Source of the DNA: an uncultured Candidatus Bathyarchaeia archaeon | Lineage (GTDB): Archaea > Thermoproteota > CALKCG01 > B24 > JAWCPE01 | Assembly (NCBI GenBank): GCA_964396445.1 | Contig: CAYNFI010000003.1 | Span: 2,231 to 66,230, forward strand | Reading direction: 5' to 3' | DNA: 64,000 nt | Made by a program: the position numbers and the translations under genes | The notes under the pieces: generated by a model | Told to the model about the DNA's origin: nothing | The model's database searches: none | Seen by the model: only the letters and a program-made list of their open reading frames with translations | Shown: in pieces, positions 37,972 to 46,643 of the stretch | Numbering within the stretch: the first letter of the stretch is position 1 | Layout of the letters: each line of letters begins with the position of its first letter

Positions 37972-38151
37972 CTACCTACGCTTCCCTACTCCTGCCACAA
38001 ACCTCCTCGGAGAAAGCTCAAATTTCCTCTTACATGGTTCACTGCAGAAGTAATATGTTGACGCCCTATACATGGACCAGAACTTCGCCGCTTTTTCATC
38101 AACCTGCATGCCGCAAACCGGGTCCTTCGCCGTTTCACTCACCTCCCACAC
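37972..38151 (-). CDS. Small YHS/TRASH-domain metal-binding protein (59 aa), absent from the ORF track
   Basis: My own translation of the minus strand gives (V)WEVSETAKDPVCGMQVDEKAAKFWSMYRASTYYFCSEPCKRKFELSPRRFVAGVGKRR*. DPVCGM...YYFCS..C...F is the YHS/TRASH signature. GTG start at 38151, with alternatives at 38142 or the internal ATG. Confidence 0.65.
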   Translation of the reverse strand: MWEVSETAKDPVCGMQVDEKAAKFWSMYRASTYYFCSEPCKRKFELSPRRFVAGVGKRR

Positions 38152-38190
38152 CTTTCACGGCGAGGCTGACTTATTACTAGCCCACGCTTC

Positions 38191-38200
38191 TTTTTATAAA
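38191..38200 (-). promoter_or_regulatory. TATA-box-like element upstream of the YHS gene
   Basis: The minus strand reads catatttataaaaagaag about 40-50 nt upstream of the GTG at 38151. Confidence 0.35.
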
Positions 38201-38306
38201 TATGCTTTAAACGCCACCTGTGTAACCGACTTCCACTGTGTGAAACAGAGTCATATGTAAGCCTTTTATACGATACGTGTTATGGAGGAAGATGAGGCGC
38301 TAGCCT

Positions 38307-38957
38307 TTGATCGACCTGAGTAAACATCGGATAGTCGACCTATCTAAGATGCTCTATCCAGGGAGTCTGAAGGTAAACGGGGAATACCTTCATGGCAGAG
38401 AAACGAGACGGCTTGAAATCCGTCAGTTTACCTACGCTCAGGATAAGATGCTCATGCACTGGGTTGAAACGGAGACACACATAGGGACTCACGTGGAAGG
38501 GCCTTCACATTATAAAAATACACTGGAAACGATCTCGGAAATCCCCTTAGAAATTTTCATAGCTGAAGCCGTTGTCCTAAATCTTACGGCTTTAAAACCC
38601 CTCGGCGGGAAGGCTCAGCCTATCACAGCCACACATCTTAGGAACGTGAAGCGAGGTGATATCGTACTTATGTGGAGCCCATATAATGGGGATGAAGCCC
38701 CATACATCTCGCCTGAAGCTGCGCAGTGGCTGAAGGAGAAGGGCATCAAGATGATCGGAGTTCAAGGCATCCAAGTTGAGGCATCAGGCTCTGTGGTAAG
38801 TCATGTAACTTTTCTTGGAAATGGCATCCCCATCATCGAGGGCTTAGAAAACCTTAACGAGTTGAGGAGGGATAGGGTCTTCTACATCGGGTTTCCTATG
38901 AAGATAGCCGGAATCGACTCCTCTTGGATCAGAGCCGTCGCCTTGGAACCACTTTAA
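38307..38957 (+). CDS. Putative cyclase family protein (kynurenine formamidase-like fold)
   Basis: ETHIGTHVEGPSH matches the HxGTHxDxPxH motif of the family. TTG start. Confidence 0.72.
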   Translation: MIDLSKHRIVDLSKMLYPGSLKVNGEYLHGRETRRLEIRQFTYAQDKMLMHWVETETHIGTHVEGPSHYKNTLETISEIPLEIFIAEAVVLNLTALKPLGGKAQPITATHLRNVKRGDIVLMWSPYNGDEAPYISPEAAQWLKEKGIKMIGVQGIQVEASGSVVSHVTFLGNGIPIIEGLENLNELRRDRVFYIGFPMKIAGIDSSWIRAVALEPL

Positions 38958-38985
38958 CCTTTTACCGTGTGGTTCCCAAGACTTT

Positions 38986-40572
38986 TCAAATTTTCAATCT
39001 TTTACTCACGTAGACTCCGTCTTCACTGTAGCCTAGGCGCTTGTAGTAGCCTTTCACCCCAAGGGCGCTGAGGATCATCAACTTTTCTATATCCAGTTCT
39101 TCTAGGCTTATCCTTTCAGCTTCCGTGAGCAAACGTCTTCCATATCGGCGATGCTGCCATTCAACCCTAGGCTTCTCCCCAACAGGCAGCATCGGCCCAT
39201 AAACGTGTAGCTCCCTGACGACGGCGCTTTTAATAAGCTCAGGTCTATGGGCTTTACTCGATGGGGTTCGCAGTCTAAGATATGCGATGAGGATGCCTTG
39301 TTTCACGTCTTCGAAGGATAGGAAGGTTTCCTGTCCCTCTGAGGCTTCGTAGTCCAACCGTTTAAGCCGTATATCCTTTAAGGTAGGGGTTACGCCGTAG
39401 CGTAGCTGTATGTGCCCTACTTCCCTACAGCGGATACACCGGCATTTCAACCCTTCCGAAACTAGCCTTTCATCGAGTAGTTGCCTAAGGTTGCTCTTCT
39501 TAGGCCCTGCTTCTATGAGGTTTGATGGGATGTCCCTGTTAACCCGTTGAACCCTCACATATGGTGGGATAAGTCGCGTTATGTCTACGAGAAGTTTGAG
39601 AAGGTCTTCCTCATTATAGGTCTTGTAGCTTCCATTCAGCCACTTTTCATGAAGACGTGTACCTTTAAGGACGAGGCATGGATAGATCTTCAACGCATCA
39701 GGGCGGAAAGCGGGGTTTTCAAAGAGCTCCTTGAACATCGCTCTGTCCATTTTAAGGCTTGAACCTGGGAGGTTCGGCATCATGTGGTAGATGAGGCTTA
39801 AGCCGCTGTCCTTAGCGACCTGTGTAGCCTCAACGACATCTCTAACCGCGTGGCCGCGTTCGATGAGCCTGTAAACCTCGTCGTAGGTCGTTTGCACCCC
39901 GAGTTCAACACGGGTAACACCTAGATCAAGCAGTCTATCCACATGCGTTGGCTTAAACCAATCGGGTCTCGTCTCCACCGTGACACCTACATTCTTAACC
40001 CTAGCCCCCTCGGCCTTCACCTTAACCTCCCCAAGGTTTAATGATGGCTCATCTATGACGGCTTCGAGGCAGCGTTTCACAAACCATCTCTGATACCTAA
40101 GCGGAAGCGCTGTGAATGTCCCGCCGAGTATGATAAGCTCCACCTTGTCAACCCTATGTCCTACGGCTTCAAGCTGTGCAATACGGCTTCTAACCTGAAG
40201 AAATGGGTTAAACTTGTTCTGAAGCCCCCTCATAGCCGCCGGTTCATGTCCTGTGTAGCTTTGAGGAAGCCCTACAGAAGGCCCTCCGGGGCAGTAAAGG
40301 CAAGGTTTAGGGGTTGGACATGGATAGGGCTTAGTCATAACGGCTACGATGCATACGCCGCTTATGGTTCTAACACGCTTCCGCGTAAGGAGAGTTTTAA
40401 GATGGCTTTCCTGAGGAGCTAGGAAACGGATGACCTCAGCGTTTCCAGGTATCCGCTCAACCCCCAATTCCCGGCAAACCTCAACCCTAATCCTATCCAA
40501 GTCGATGATGTCCGGGTTAGAAACCTGAATCAGGCGCCTAACGATTCTTTGACAGGCTTCCTTAACAGACAT
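38986..40572 (-). CDS. elp3: Elp3-type radical SAM + GNAT tRNA modification enzyme
   Basis: Radical-SAM cluster region CPTPKPCLYCPGG, a TIM-like core and a C-terminal GNAT (RRYGRRLLTEAERI...GYYKRLGY). The 528-aa size is typical of archaeal Elp3. Confidence 0.9.
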   Translation of the reverse strand: MSVKEACQRIVRRLIQVSNPDIIDLDRIRVEVCRELGVERIPGNAEVIRFLAPQESHLKTLLTRKRVRTISGVCIVAVMTKPYPCPTPKPCLYCPGGPSVGLPQSYTGHEPAAMRGLQNKFNPFLQVRSRIAQLEAVGHRVDKVELIILGGTFTALPLRYQRWFVKRCLEAVIDEPSLNLGEVKVKAEGARVKNVGVTVETRPDWFKPTHVDRLLDLGVTRVELGVQTTYDEVYRLIERGHAVRDVVEATQVAKDSGLSLIYHMMPNLPGSSLKMDRAMFKELFENPAFRPDALKIYPCLVLKGTRLHEKWLNGSYKTYNEEDLLKLLVDITRLIPPYVRVQRVNRDIPSNLIEAGPKKSNLRQLLDERLVSEGLKCRCIRCREVGHIQLRYGVTPTLKDIRLKRLDYEASEGQETFLSFEDVKQGILIAYLRLRTPSSKAHRPELIKSAVVRELHVYGPMLPVGEKPRVEWQHRRYGRRLLTEAERISLEELDIEKLMILSALGVKGYYKRLGYSEDGVYVSKRLKI

Positions 40573-40705
40573 GATGTAAAACCCTTAAGACCCCGATGGT
40601 TAGCCTTCATATTCTATCCGACGCTTCCTTAAAAGCCGTATCCGGTGATCTATGCGATGGATACACTCCCACGGTTCATTTTCCCGCAGAGCTTAAATGT
40701 GGAAA

Positions 40706-40713
40706 CGTATAAA
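40706..40713 (+). promoter_or_regulatory. TATA-like element (gtataaat) upstream of gap
   Basis: It lies 37-44 nt upstream of the ATG at 40750 and inside the implausible N-terminal extension of the track ORF. Confidence 0.4.
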
Positions 40714-40749
40714 TCCCTGTGCATGCATTCTGTTGAAGAGTTGGTTCCT

Positions 40750-41784
40750 ATGTCGAAGGCTTTGGTTAAAGTTGTTGTGAACGGTTATGGTGTTATCGGA
40801 AAGCGTGTAGCCGATGCTGTCGCTGCACAGGAAGATATGACGCTTGTTGGAATATCGGATGTTGTGGCAGATTGGAGAGTTAAGATGGCGGCTTCGAAGA
40901 GGATTCCAGTCTACTGCTCCGCGCCTGAGAGGCTTGAGGACATGCGTAGGGGCGGTATCGATGTCACCGGGACCCTCGAGGGACTTCTCGGAAACGTCGA
41001 CGTCGTCATCGACTGTGCTCCCGCGAAGATCGGTGCGAAGAATAAGGCGGTCTACGAGAAGGCGGGGGTTAAAGCCATCTTCCAAGGTGGGGAGAAACAC
41101 GAGGTTACAGGGGTCTCCTTTGTAGCGCAGTGCAACTATGAGGAATCATTGGGTAAGCAGTTCACGAGAGTTGTAAGCTGCAACACAACCGCGCTCTGCC
41201 GGGTTTTAGGAGCCCTCCACCGCCGGTACGGCTTAGCGAAGGTGAGGGTTGTGATCATCAGGAGGGCTGTTGATGTTTGGGAGAGCGGGCATACAGGTTT
41301 AATGAACACGGTTGTACCGGAGATGGGAGTCAGCCACCACGCCCCAGACGTGAAAACGGTACTCCACGACCTAGACATCGTAAGTATGGCTGCGAAGGGT
41401 GCTCACAACCTTTTCCACATCCACTTCGCCATAGTACAGCCTCAAAGCCCCATTACGAATGAAGATGTGGTTAACACGTTTAAGGAAACACCGCGGGTTG
41501 TCCTCGTCCGCGGAGCTGATGGTGTCGAAGGCTTAAACAGCGTCTTCGAGTTGGCTAGGGACCTTGGCAGACCAAGAGGTGACCTCTACGAGATCCCTGT
41601 ATGGGAAGACGGGATTATGGTTCTAGGAAACGAGGTTTACCTTATGTGGTCAACCCCAAACGAGAGCAACGTGATCCCAGAAAACATCGATGCTATAAGG
41701 GCGGTTACCTCCACTGAAAAGTATTGGCGGCGATCATTAGAGAAGACAGATAAGGCATTGGGAGTTGTAAAAAAGCTTTACTAA
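40750..41784 (+). CDS. gap: Glyceraldehyde-3-phosphate dehydrogenase, archaeal type II
   Basis: VKVVVNGYGVIGKRVADAV Rossmann start and catalytic VSCNTTALCR. I chose the ATG at 40750 (MSKALVKV...) over the track start at 40645, because homologues begin there and a TATA-like box lies within the extension. Confidence 0.9.
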   Translation: MSKALVKVVVNGYGVIGKRVADAVAAQEDMTLVGISDVVADWRVKMAASKRIPVYCSAPERLEDMRRGGIDVTGTLEGLLGNVDVVIDCAPAKIGAKNKAVYEKAGVKAIFQGGEKHEVTGVSFVAQCNYEESLGKQFTRVVSCNTTALCRVLGALHRRYGLAKVRVVIIRRAVDVWESGHTGLMNTVVPEMGVSHHAPDVKTVLHDLDIVSMAAKGAHNLFHIHFAIVQPQSPITNEDVVNTFKETPRVVLVRGADGVEGLNSVFELARDLGRPRGDLYEIPVWEDGIMVLGNEVYLMWSTPNESNVIPENIDAIRAVTSTEKYWRRSLEKTDKALGVVKKLY

Positions 41785-41895
41785 GGGGTATCGCGGAAAC
41801 ACCGATTAAAACAGGCTTACCACTGAGTCTACGTTGTGCGCCTAAAGCACACGTTCCCTCTTTTTATCCATTAAAATTATGAGAGTAGAGTTAAT

Positions 41896-42345
41896 TTATT
41901 TGCTTTGTTGCTCTGGCTCTATGATCACAGCAGTTCCAGTGGCTGAAATTAGGACTATTCCCTCTAAGACATTCGAGGTTTCCATGTCGAGGCCTATGAT
42001 CGCGTTGGCTCCGCGTTCTCTTGCCACGTTTTTCATCCTTTCTATGGCCTCTATTCTTGCCTTCTCGATCTCTGAGGTGAAAGCTGTAACCTCCCCTCCG
42101 ACCATCGACTGGAACCCTGCCATAATCTGACCGCCCACTCCCCTCGTTCTCGCCGTACAGCCGAAGACGATTTGCAGAACCTTCTTCACACGATAGCCTG
42201 GAATCGTTGGTGTAGTTGCTATAACCATATCTGAACCGAACCCTACAGCAACCTCCAGTCCGACCGCAGCCCCGCAGCTAGAACAGAATTTTGATCCTTC
42301 TGAAACCTCAGCTCCACATTTTGTGCAGAAAGGCAACCAATTCAC
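41896..42345 (-). CDS. Zinc-ribbon fused to a YbjQ/UPF0145 (DUF74) domain
   Basis: FCTKCGAEVSEGSKFCSSCG zinc ribbon, followed by VIATTPTIPGYRV...GGEVTAFT...AR..A..RM...A...GANAIIGL, typical of YbjQ. Confidence 0.72.
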   Translation of the reverse strand: MNWLPFCTKCGAEVSEGSKFCSSCGAAVGLEVAVGFGSDMVIATTPTIPGYRVKKVLQIVFGCTARTRGVGGQIMAGFQSMVGGEVTAFTSEIEKARIEAIERMKNVARERGANAIIGLDMETSNVLEGIVLISATGTAVIIEPEQQSK

Positions 42346-42566
42346 CGAAACATATGTAAGCTAGGAGGCATAAAAAGTTTCACCGCATAAAGCCCTTCAA
42401 CATCCGTGCAAGGAGATGGCTCACCATCATCAATGTCTTATACTCTGAGCCTCACGATACGGTATAGAACCCCGAACACGGAAAGCTTACCTCATTTTTT
42501 ACGCTGTTTTAGGTCGCCAGTTAGCCTTATCTGAACGTTGGCTAATGAATTGATCGAAACCTAGTT

Positions 42567-43694
42567 GTGATGGTGCCTAAGGTGGAGAAACTTAGAGTAG
42601 GTGTTGTTGGTTTACATAGAGGTGTTTCATACATCAAGGTCTTCAATGCTCTTCAAGAGACGGAAGTCACCGCGATATGTGATGTCGATGAGAGTACTCT
42701 GAATAGGGTGGGTGAAGCCTTCTGCGTTAAGGATCGGTACATGGACTACGGTGATATGCTTAATGGAGGCATCGATATCGCGGTTGTCTCGTCACCGATG
42801 CACTTTCACACTCCCCAAGCTATCTCAGCTTTAAACTCTGATGTTCACGTTCTCAGCGAAGTTACAGCCGCGGTTTCACTGGACGAATGTTACCAGCTTC
42901 TAAGAGCTGCTGAAAGAAGCAGGGCTAAGTACATGATGGCGGAGAACTACTGCTACATTAAAGAGAACATCCTAATCGAGAACATGGTCAGGGAGGGTCT
43001 CTTCGGAGACCTCTACTTCGCTGAGGGTGAATACATACATGACTGTAAATCGCTGCATCATGACAGTTATGGGAAGCCCACGTGGAGGCATCGTTGGCAA
43101 GTCGGTAGAAATGGGGTGACCTACGGAACCCACAGCCTCGGACCGGTTCTACAATGGTTCAACGAGAGGGTTGTCACCGTTTCCTGCTTAGGCTCAGGGG
43201 TTCACACAGACCCTGAACACGTAATGGAGGACACGGTTCTAATGCTCTGCAAAACCCGAAGTGGAGCCCTGATCAAGATCCGATTAGACATGCTTTCCAA
43301 CCGTCCACACAACTTGACCTACTACTCCCTGCAGGGCACAAAGGGCTGCTACGAGGCACCGCGCGGCTTCGGTGACGCTCATAAAATCTGGCTTACAGAC
43401 GGTTGCGGGAAATACGAGTGGGTGGCACTTAAGGAATATGAGGAACGTTACCTACCAGAAGCATGGCGGAAACCACCGGAGGAAGCTTTGAGAACAGGGC
43501 ATTGGGGAAGCGACTACTTCATAGCCAAAGCCTTCGTTGACTGCATAATCAACGATACAAGGCCACCTATAGATGTCTACAAAGCGTTAGATTTCACAGC
43601 GCCTGGACTGGTATCTGAGGATTCTATAATACAGGGTGGAAAGCCTTTACCCGTGCCAGACTTTAGACAATCCAAAGCCCAGGATAGGTGTTAA
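42567..43694 (+). CDS. Gfo/Idh/MocA family NAD(P)-dependent oxidoreductase
   Basis: LRVGVVGLHRG Rossmann start, the EVTAICD pattern and a C-terminal alpha/beta dimerisation domain. Confidence 0.82.
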   Translation: MMVPKVEKLRVGVVGLHRGVSYIKVFNALQETEVTAICDVDESTLNRVGEAFCVKDRYMDYGDMLNGGIDIAVVSSPMHFHTPQAISALNSDVHVLSEVTAAVSLDECYQLLRAAERSRAKYMMAENYCYIKENILIENMVREGLFGDLYFAEGEYIHDCKSLHHDSYGKPTWRHRWQVGRNGVTYGTHSLGPVLQWFNERVVTVSCLGSGVHTDPEHVMEDTVLMLCKTRSGALIKIRLDMLSNRPHNLTYYSLQGTKGCYEAPRGFGDAHKIWLTDGCGKYEWVALKEYEERYLPEAWRKPPEEALRTGHWGSDYFIAKAFVDCIINDTRPPIDVYKALDFTAPGLVSEDSIIQGGKPLPVPDFRQSKAQDRC

Positions 43695-43696
43695 CC

Positions 43697-44830
43697 ATGG
43701 AGTTTAAGGGAAAGGAGAGAGCGTTAAGGGCTTTGAACTTCGAGGAAGTTGACCGAGTCCCGATTATGGGAGGATGGTGTGCCCATGCCGGGTTCCTCGC
43801 CAATGCCAGTGGCGTCAAGATGAGGTATGACTATGCAATGACTACCTGGGAGAACCCTATGAGGGCGGCGCTCCAAGCCTATAAGAACGTCGGAGCCGAC
43901 CTCATACCCCAGTTCATTCTTCCGAAGCGTTTAGAGACCACGACCGGGGATACCCTAGGTAGACCTACTGAGTTCAGCGTCGGCGGCGCCCGCGCAGTTG
44001 ACCCGCTACGTTATAAAACACCTGAGGATGTTCTGGAGTATGTGCAGAACCTTCCGAAGCTCCAAGATCTAAAGTCAAGCTTCGAGTTTGACAATCATTT
44101 TCGTAGGTACGTTACGGAGGTGAAGGAGGCTCAGGAGGAGTGTGGGGATGATATACTCTGGTTAAATGGATATGGGCAATGCGGCTTCATGTGGTACAGT
44201 ACATTTGGTTACACGCCTTACCTCCTAGCCTGTATCCGTTACAGTAAAGAGATGAAGAAGCTGTTCGAGTACTCAGCGGAAGAGGGAAGACTTATGAATG
44301 AGGTGATATCGACTGCGGTTAGGGAAGAGGGGTTTCCACCGTTTGTTTACGGCGGCCAAGATATCTGCTACAACCATGGACCCATGCTCAACATAAAGCT
44401 TCTCGATGAAATATACTTCCCATGCTTGAAACGGGCTGTAACACCGTTGAAGGATGCGGGTATAAAGATCATATGGCACTGCGATGGGAACATTATGCCT
44501 ATAGTTAAGAACCTCCTAGACGCTGGCATAGACGGTTTCCAAGGATTCCAGGAAGAATGCGGTGTAGACCTTGTTCAGCTTGCTAAGCTGAAGACAAAAT
44601 CGGGTGGGAAGCCGATCCTTTTCGGCAGCGTCTCTGTAACGAGCACCCTCCCCTTAGGGACAGTTGAAGACGTGAAGAGAAGCGTGGAGAAGTCCATAGA
44701 TGTATGTGCACAAGGAGGGGGATTTGTCCTCGCACCTACAAGCACCGTTGGACCGGATGTGCCAGTGGAGAACATATTCACCATGTATGAACATGGGAAA
44801 AACTATGGGAGAAAATTCAATTTACTTTGA
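43697..44830 (+). CDS. URO-D family protein, paralogue 3
   Basis: KERALRALNFEEVDRVPIMG at the N-terminus and IKIIWHCDGNIMPIVKNLLDAGIDGFQGFQ. The ATG is 2 nt after the preceding stop, so the genes are translationally coupled. Confidence 0.78.
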   Translation: MEFKGKERALRALNFEEVDRVPIMGGWCAHAGFLANASGVKMRYDYAMTTWENPMRAALQAYKNVGADLIPQFILPKRLETTTGDTLGRPTEFSVGGARAVDPLRYKTPEDVLEYVQNLPKLQDLKSSFEFDNHFRRYVTEVKEAQEECGDDILWLNGYGQCGFMWYSTFGYTPYLLACIRYSKEMKKLFEYSAEEGRLMNEVISTAVREEGFPPFVYGGQDICYNHGPMLNIKLLDEIYFPCLKRAVTPLKDAGIKIIWHCDGNIMPIVKNLLDAGIDGFQGFQEECGVDLVQLAKLKTKSGGKPILFGSVSVTSTLPLGTVEDVKRSVEKSIDVCAQGGGFVLAPTSTVGPDVPVENIFTMYEHGKNYGRKFNLL

Positions 44831-44969
44831 CACCTTGGTCCTATTGAACATATTATTCCTAACAATAAGCTTTAAGCCTCCACAGCCTCACGGTAGTGTA
44901 AAAAGATGAGGTAACCCAATGGCTCTATGAAAAACTTAAATCCTATCCCCGCCTACGCGTGAATTAACG

Positions 44970-45893
44970 GTGGTGTCCTTGACTGAGATCAGGTTCGGCA
45001 TCCATCTTCCTAACGGCGGTTTCAGTGATCAAGCTTTCTCACAGCTACAAGATTTAGTTGTTGAGGCTGAGCGGCTTGGCTACGCGTCTGTTTGGGCTGC
45101 TGACCATTTAATTTACCCTGAGACCCTCGGACCGCCGAATATCTACGAGCCTCTCGTTAGTCTCGCAGCCTTCAGCGCTGTCACGCACCGAATCCTCCTC
45201 GGCTCCGCGGTACTCCTACCCTTACGACACCCATTGGCTGTAGCCAACATGGTCACCACAATCGACCATGCCTCTAAGGGAAGGATTATGCTAGGTGTGG
45301 GTGTGGGATGGTTTAAGCCTGAGTTTGACGCTTCCAACGTGCCTTTCACTGAAAGGGGGAAAGTTCAGGAAGAAGCTGTTAGGCTTATTAAAGAGCTTTG
45401 GACCAAGCCGAAAGTAGACTTCGAGGGTAAGTACTTCAAGTTGAGAGAAGGCTACGTTAACCCTAAACCTATTCAGAAGCCCCATCCACCCATATGGTTT
45501 GGAGGAGCGGCTTCACAAACATTCCCCCGCCTTGTAAGGCTGGGAGACGGTTGGATCCCCTGGTGTCCAAGCCTTGAAGCCTTCGAGCAGGGTGTGAAAA
45601 CCATTAGAAAGCTCATTGCGTGTCTTGGAGGTAGTTTTTCCAAGCTTCAGCTAGCCCCGGACATCCTTGTATGCATAAAGCCCAGCGACGCTGAGGCTAA
45701 GCAGACGGCTTCAAGCGTTGGTTTAGATGAGAAGACCTCTATCATCGGTGACCCCACAGGGGTCGCGGAGAGAATTAAGCAGTATGTTAACCTCGGAGCC
45801 ACCCATGTCATCCTAGGCTTCAGACCGTTAGGCGAGGAACTTGAAGGTATGAGGCTGGTAGCCGACGAAGTCTTTCCTAGGCTTACATCATAA
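44970..45893 (+). CDS. Luciferase-like monooxygenase (LLM) class, probably an F420-dependent oxidoreductase
   Basis: FGIHLPN...GYASVWAADHL...GRIMLGVGVGW...PHPPIWFGG follow the LLM/F420-dependent reductase pattern. GTG start. Confidence 0.78.
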   Translation: MVSLTEIRFGIHLPNGGFSDQAFSQLQDLVVEAERLGYASVWAADHLIYPETLGPPNIYEPLVSLAAFSAVTHRILLGSAVLLPLRHPLAVANMVTTIDHASKGRIMLGVGVGWFKPEFDASNVPFTERGKVQEEAVRLIKELWTKPKVDFEGKYFKLREGYVNPKPIQKPHPPIWFGGAASQTFPRLVRLGDGWIPWCPSLEAFEQGVKTIRKLIACLGGSFSKLQLAPDILVCIKPSDAEAKQTASSVGLDEKTSIIGDPTGVAERIKQYVNLGATHVILGFRPLGEELEGMRLVADEVFPRLTS

Positions 45894-46032
45894 TAACCTC
45901 ACATATTCAATACGTCGTTCTACAACCTCACATACCAATGAAAGACGGCTCCATCCAGCTTTAAAGTGTGATTATCAGCTGATGAATAACGGATAAGTTA
46001 AACTGTTATATACATGCTCCACAAAACTCTGC

Positions 46033-46563
46033 ATGGGGGCTTTGGGTATGCAGGTGGTTCAGGTAACCTATTTCAACAGGACGAGCGATGAGGACCCTGA
46101 GGTGATTACAGCGGAAACTCTTAGACTCTCTAGAAGACGGGGAGACGAGCTGGGGATCACGCATTTCGTGATAGCTTCTTCCACCGGCATCGTTGCGAAG
46201 AAGGCTTTGAACATGCTCGCAGATAGGTCCTTGGTGTTTGTAGGGGAGGCTCGAGACTGGTATGATCAGGATTTCCTCGAGGAGTTGAAGCGCAGAGACA
46301 TACCTGTGATCTTCTGCCGCGAGGTTAAGTACAGCTATCCAAGCGATGTTCAATCTGCCTTCAGATGCATGTCTGAAGGTGTAAAAGTATGCCCTGAAAT
46401 AGTGATGATAGCCGCGGATAAAGACCTGATTCCGGGAGGAAAGGAAGTGATAGCCTTAGCGGGAACGGGTTCTGGAGCGGACACCTCCATGGTCGTTGTT
46501 TCCGCGAAGAGCAAGGACTTCAAAGAACTCAAGATTAGAGAACTCATCTGCAAACCCCGTTGA
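46033..46563 (+). CDS. Pyruvate-kinase C-terminal (alpha/beta) domain-like protein of unknown function
   Basis: VQVTYFNRT...ETLRLSRRRGDELGITHFVIASSTGIVAKKAL and ALAGTGSGADTSMVV resemble the stand-alone PK_C-like family common in archaea. Confidence 0.55.
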   Translation: MGALGMQVVQVTYFNRTSDEDPEVITAETLRLSRRRGDELGITHFVIASSTGIVAKKALNMLADRSLVFVGEARDWYDQDFLEELKRRDIPVIFCREVKYSYPSDVQSAFRCMSEGVKVCPEIVMIAADKDLIPGGKEVIALAGTGSGADTSMVVVSAKSKDFKELKIRELICKPR

Positions 46564-46643
46564 CCCTCAGACGTGATGAAAGACCGTGAGTATCACAGTT
46601 TATTCCCAACATCCTCTAGTGTGACCAGCTAATTCCATCAGAA

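Noticed and set aside
38072-38260. The 62-aa plus-strand ORF from the track
   Set aside because: Its composition is not protein-like and it has no recognisable motif. It is antisense to the much better supported YHS gene.
37919-38306. Structured ncRNA (RNase P or SRP RNA) in the 390-bp gap after aspS. The idea was suggested by GUGAAAGGUG and GAGGAAAU-like strings on the minus strand.
   Set aside because: The same stretch translates cleanly into a YHS/TRASH-domain protein with its own promoter-like and terminator-like signals. The conserved RNase P CR-I/CR-IV/CR-V or SRP helix-8 motifs are not actually present.
40645-40749. The 35-aa N-terminal extension of GAPDH implied by the track ORF start
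   Set aside because: Homologues begin at the Rossmann strand (MSKALVKVVVNGYG). The extension has no similarity to the family and contains a TATA-like box (gtataaat) appropriately spaced from the ATG at 40750.
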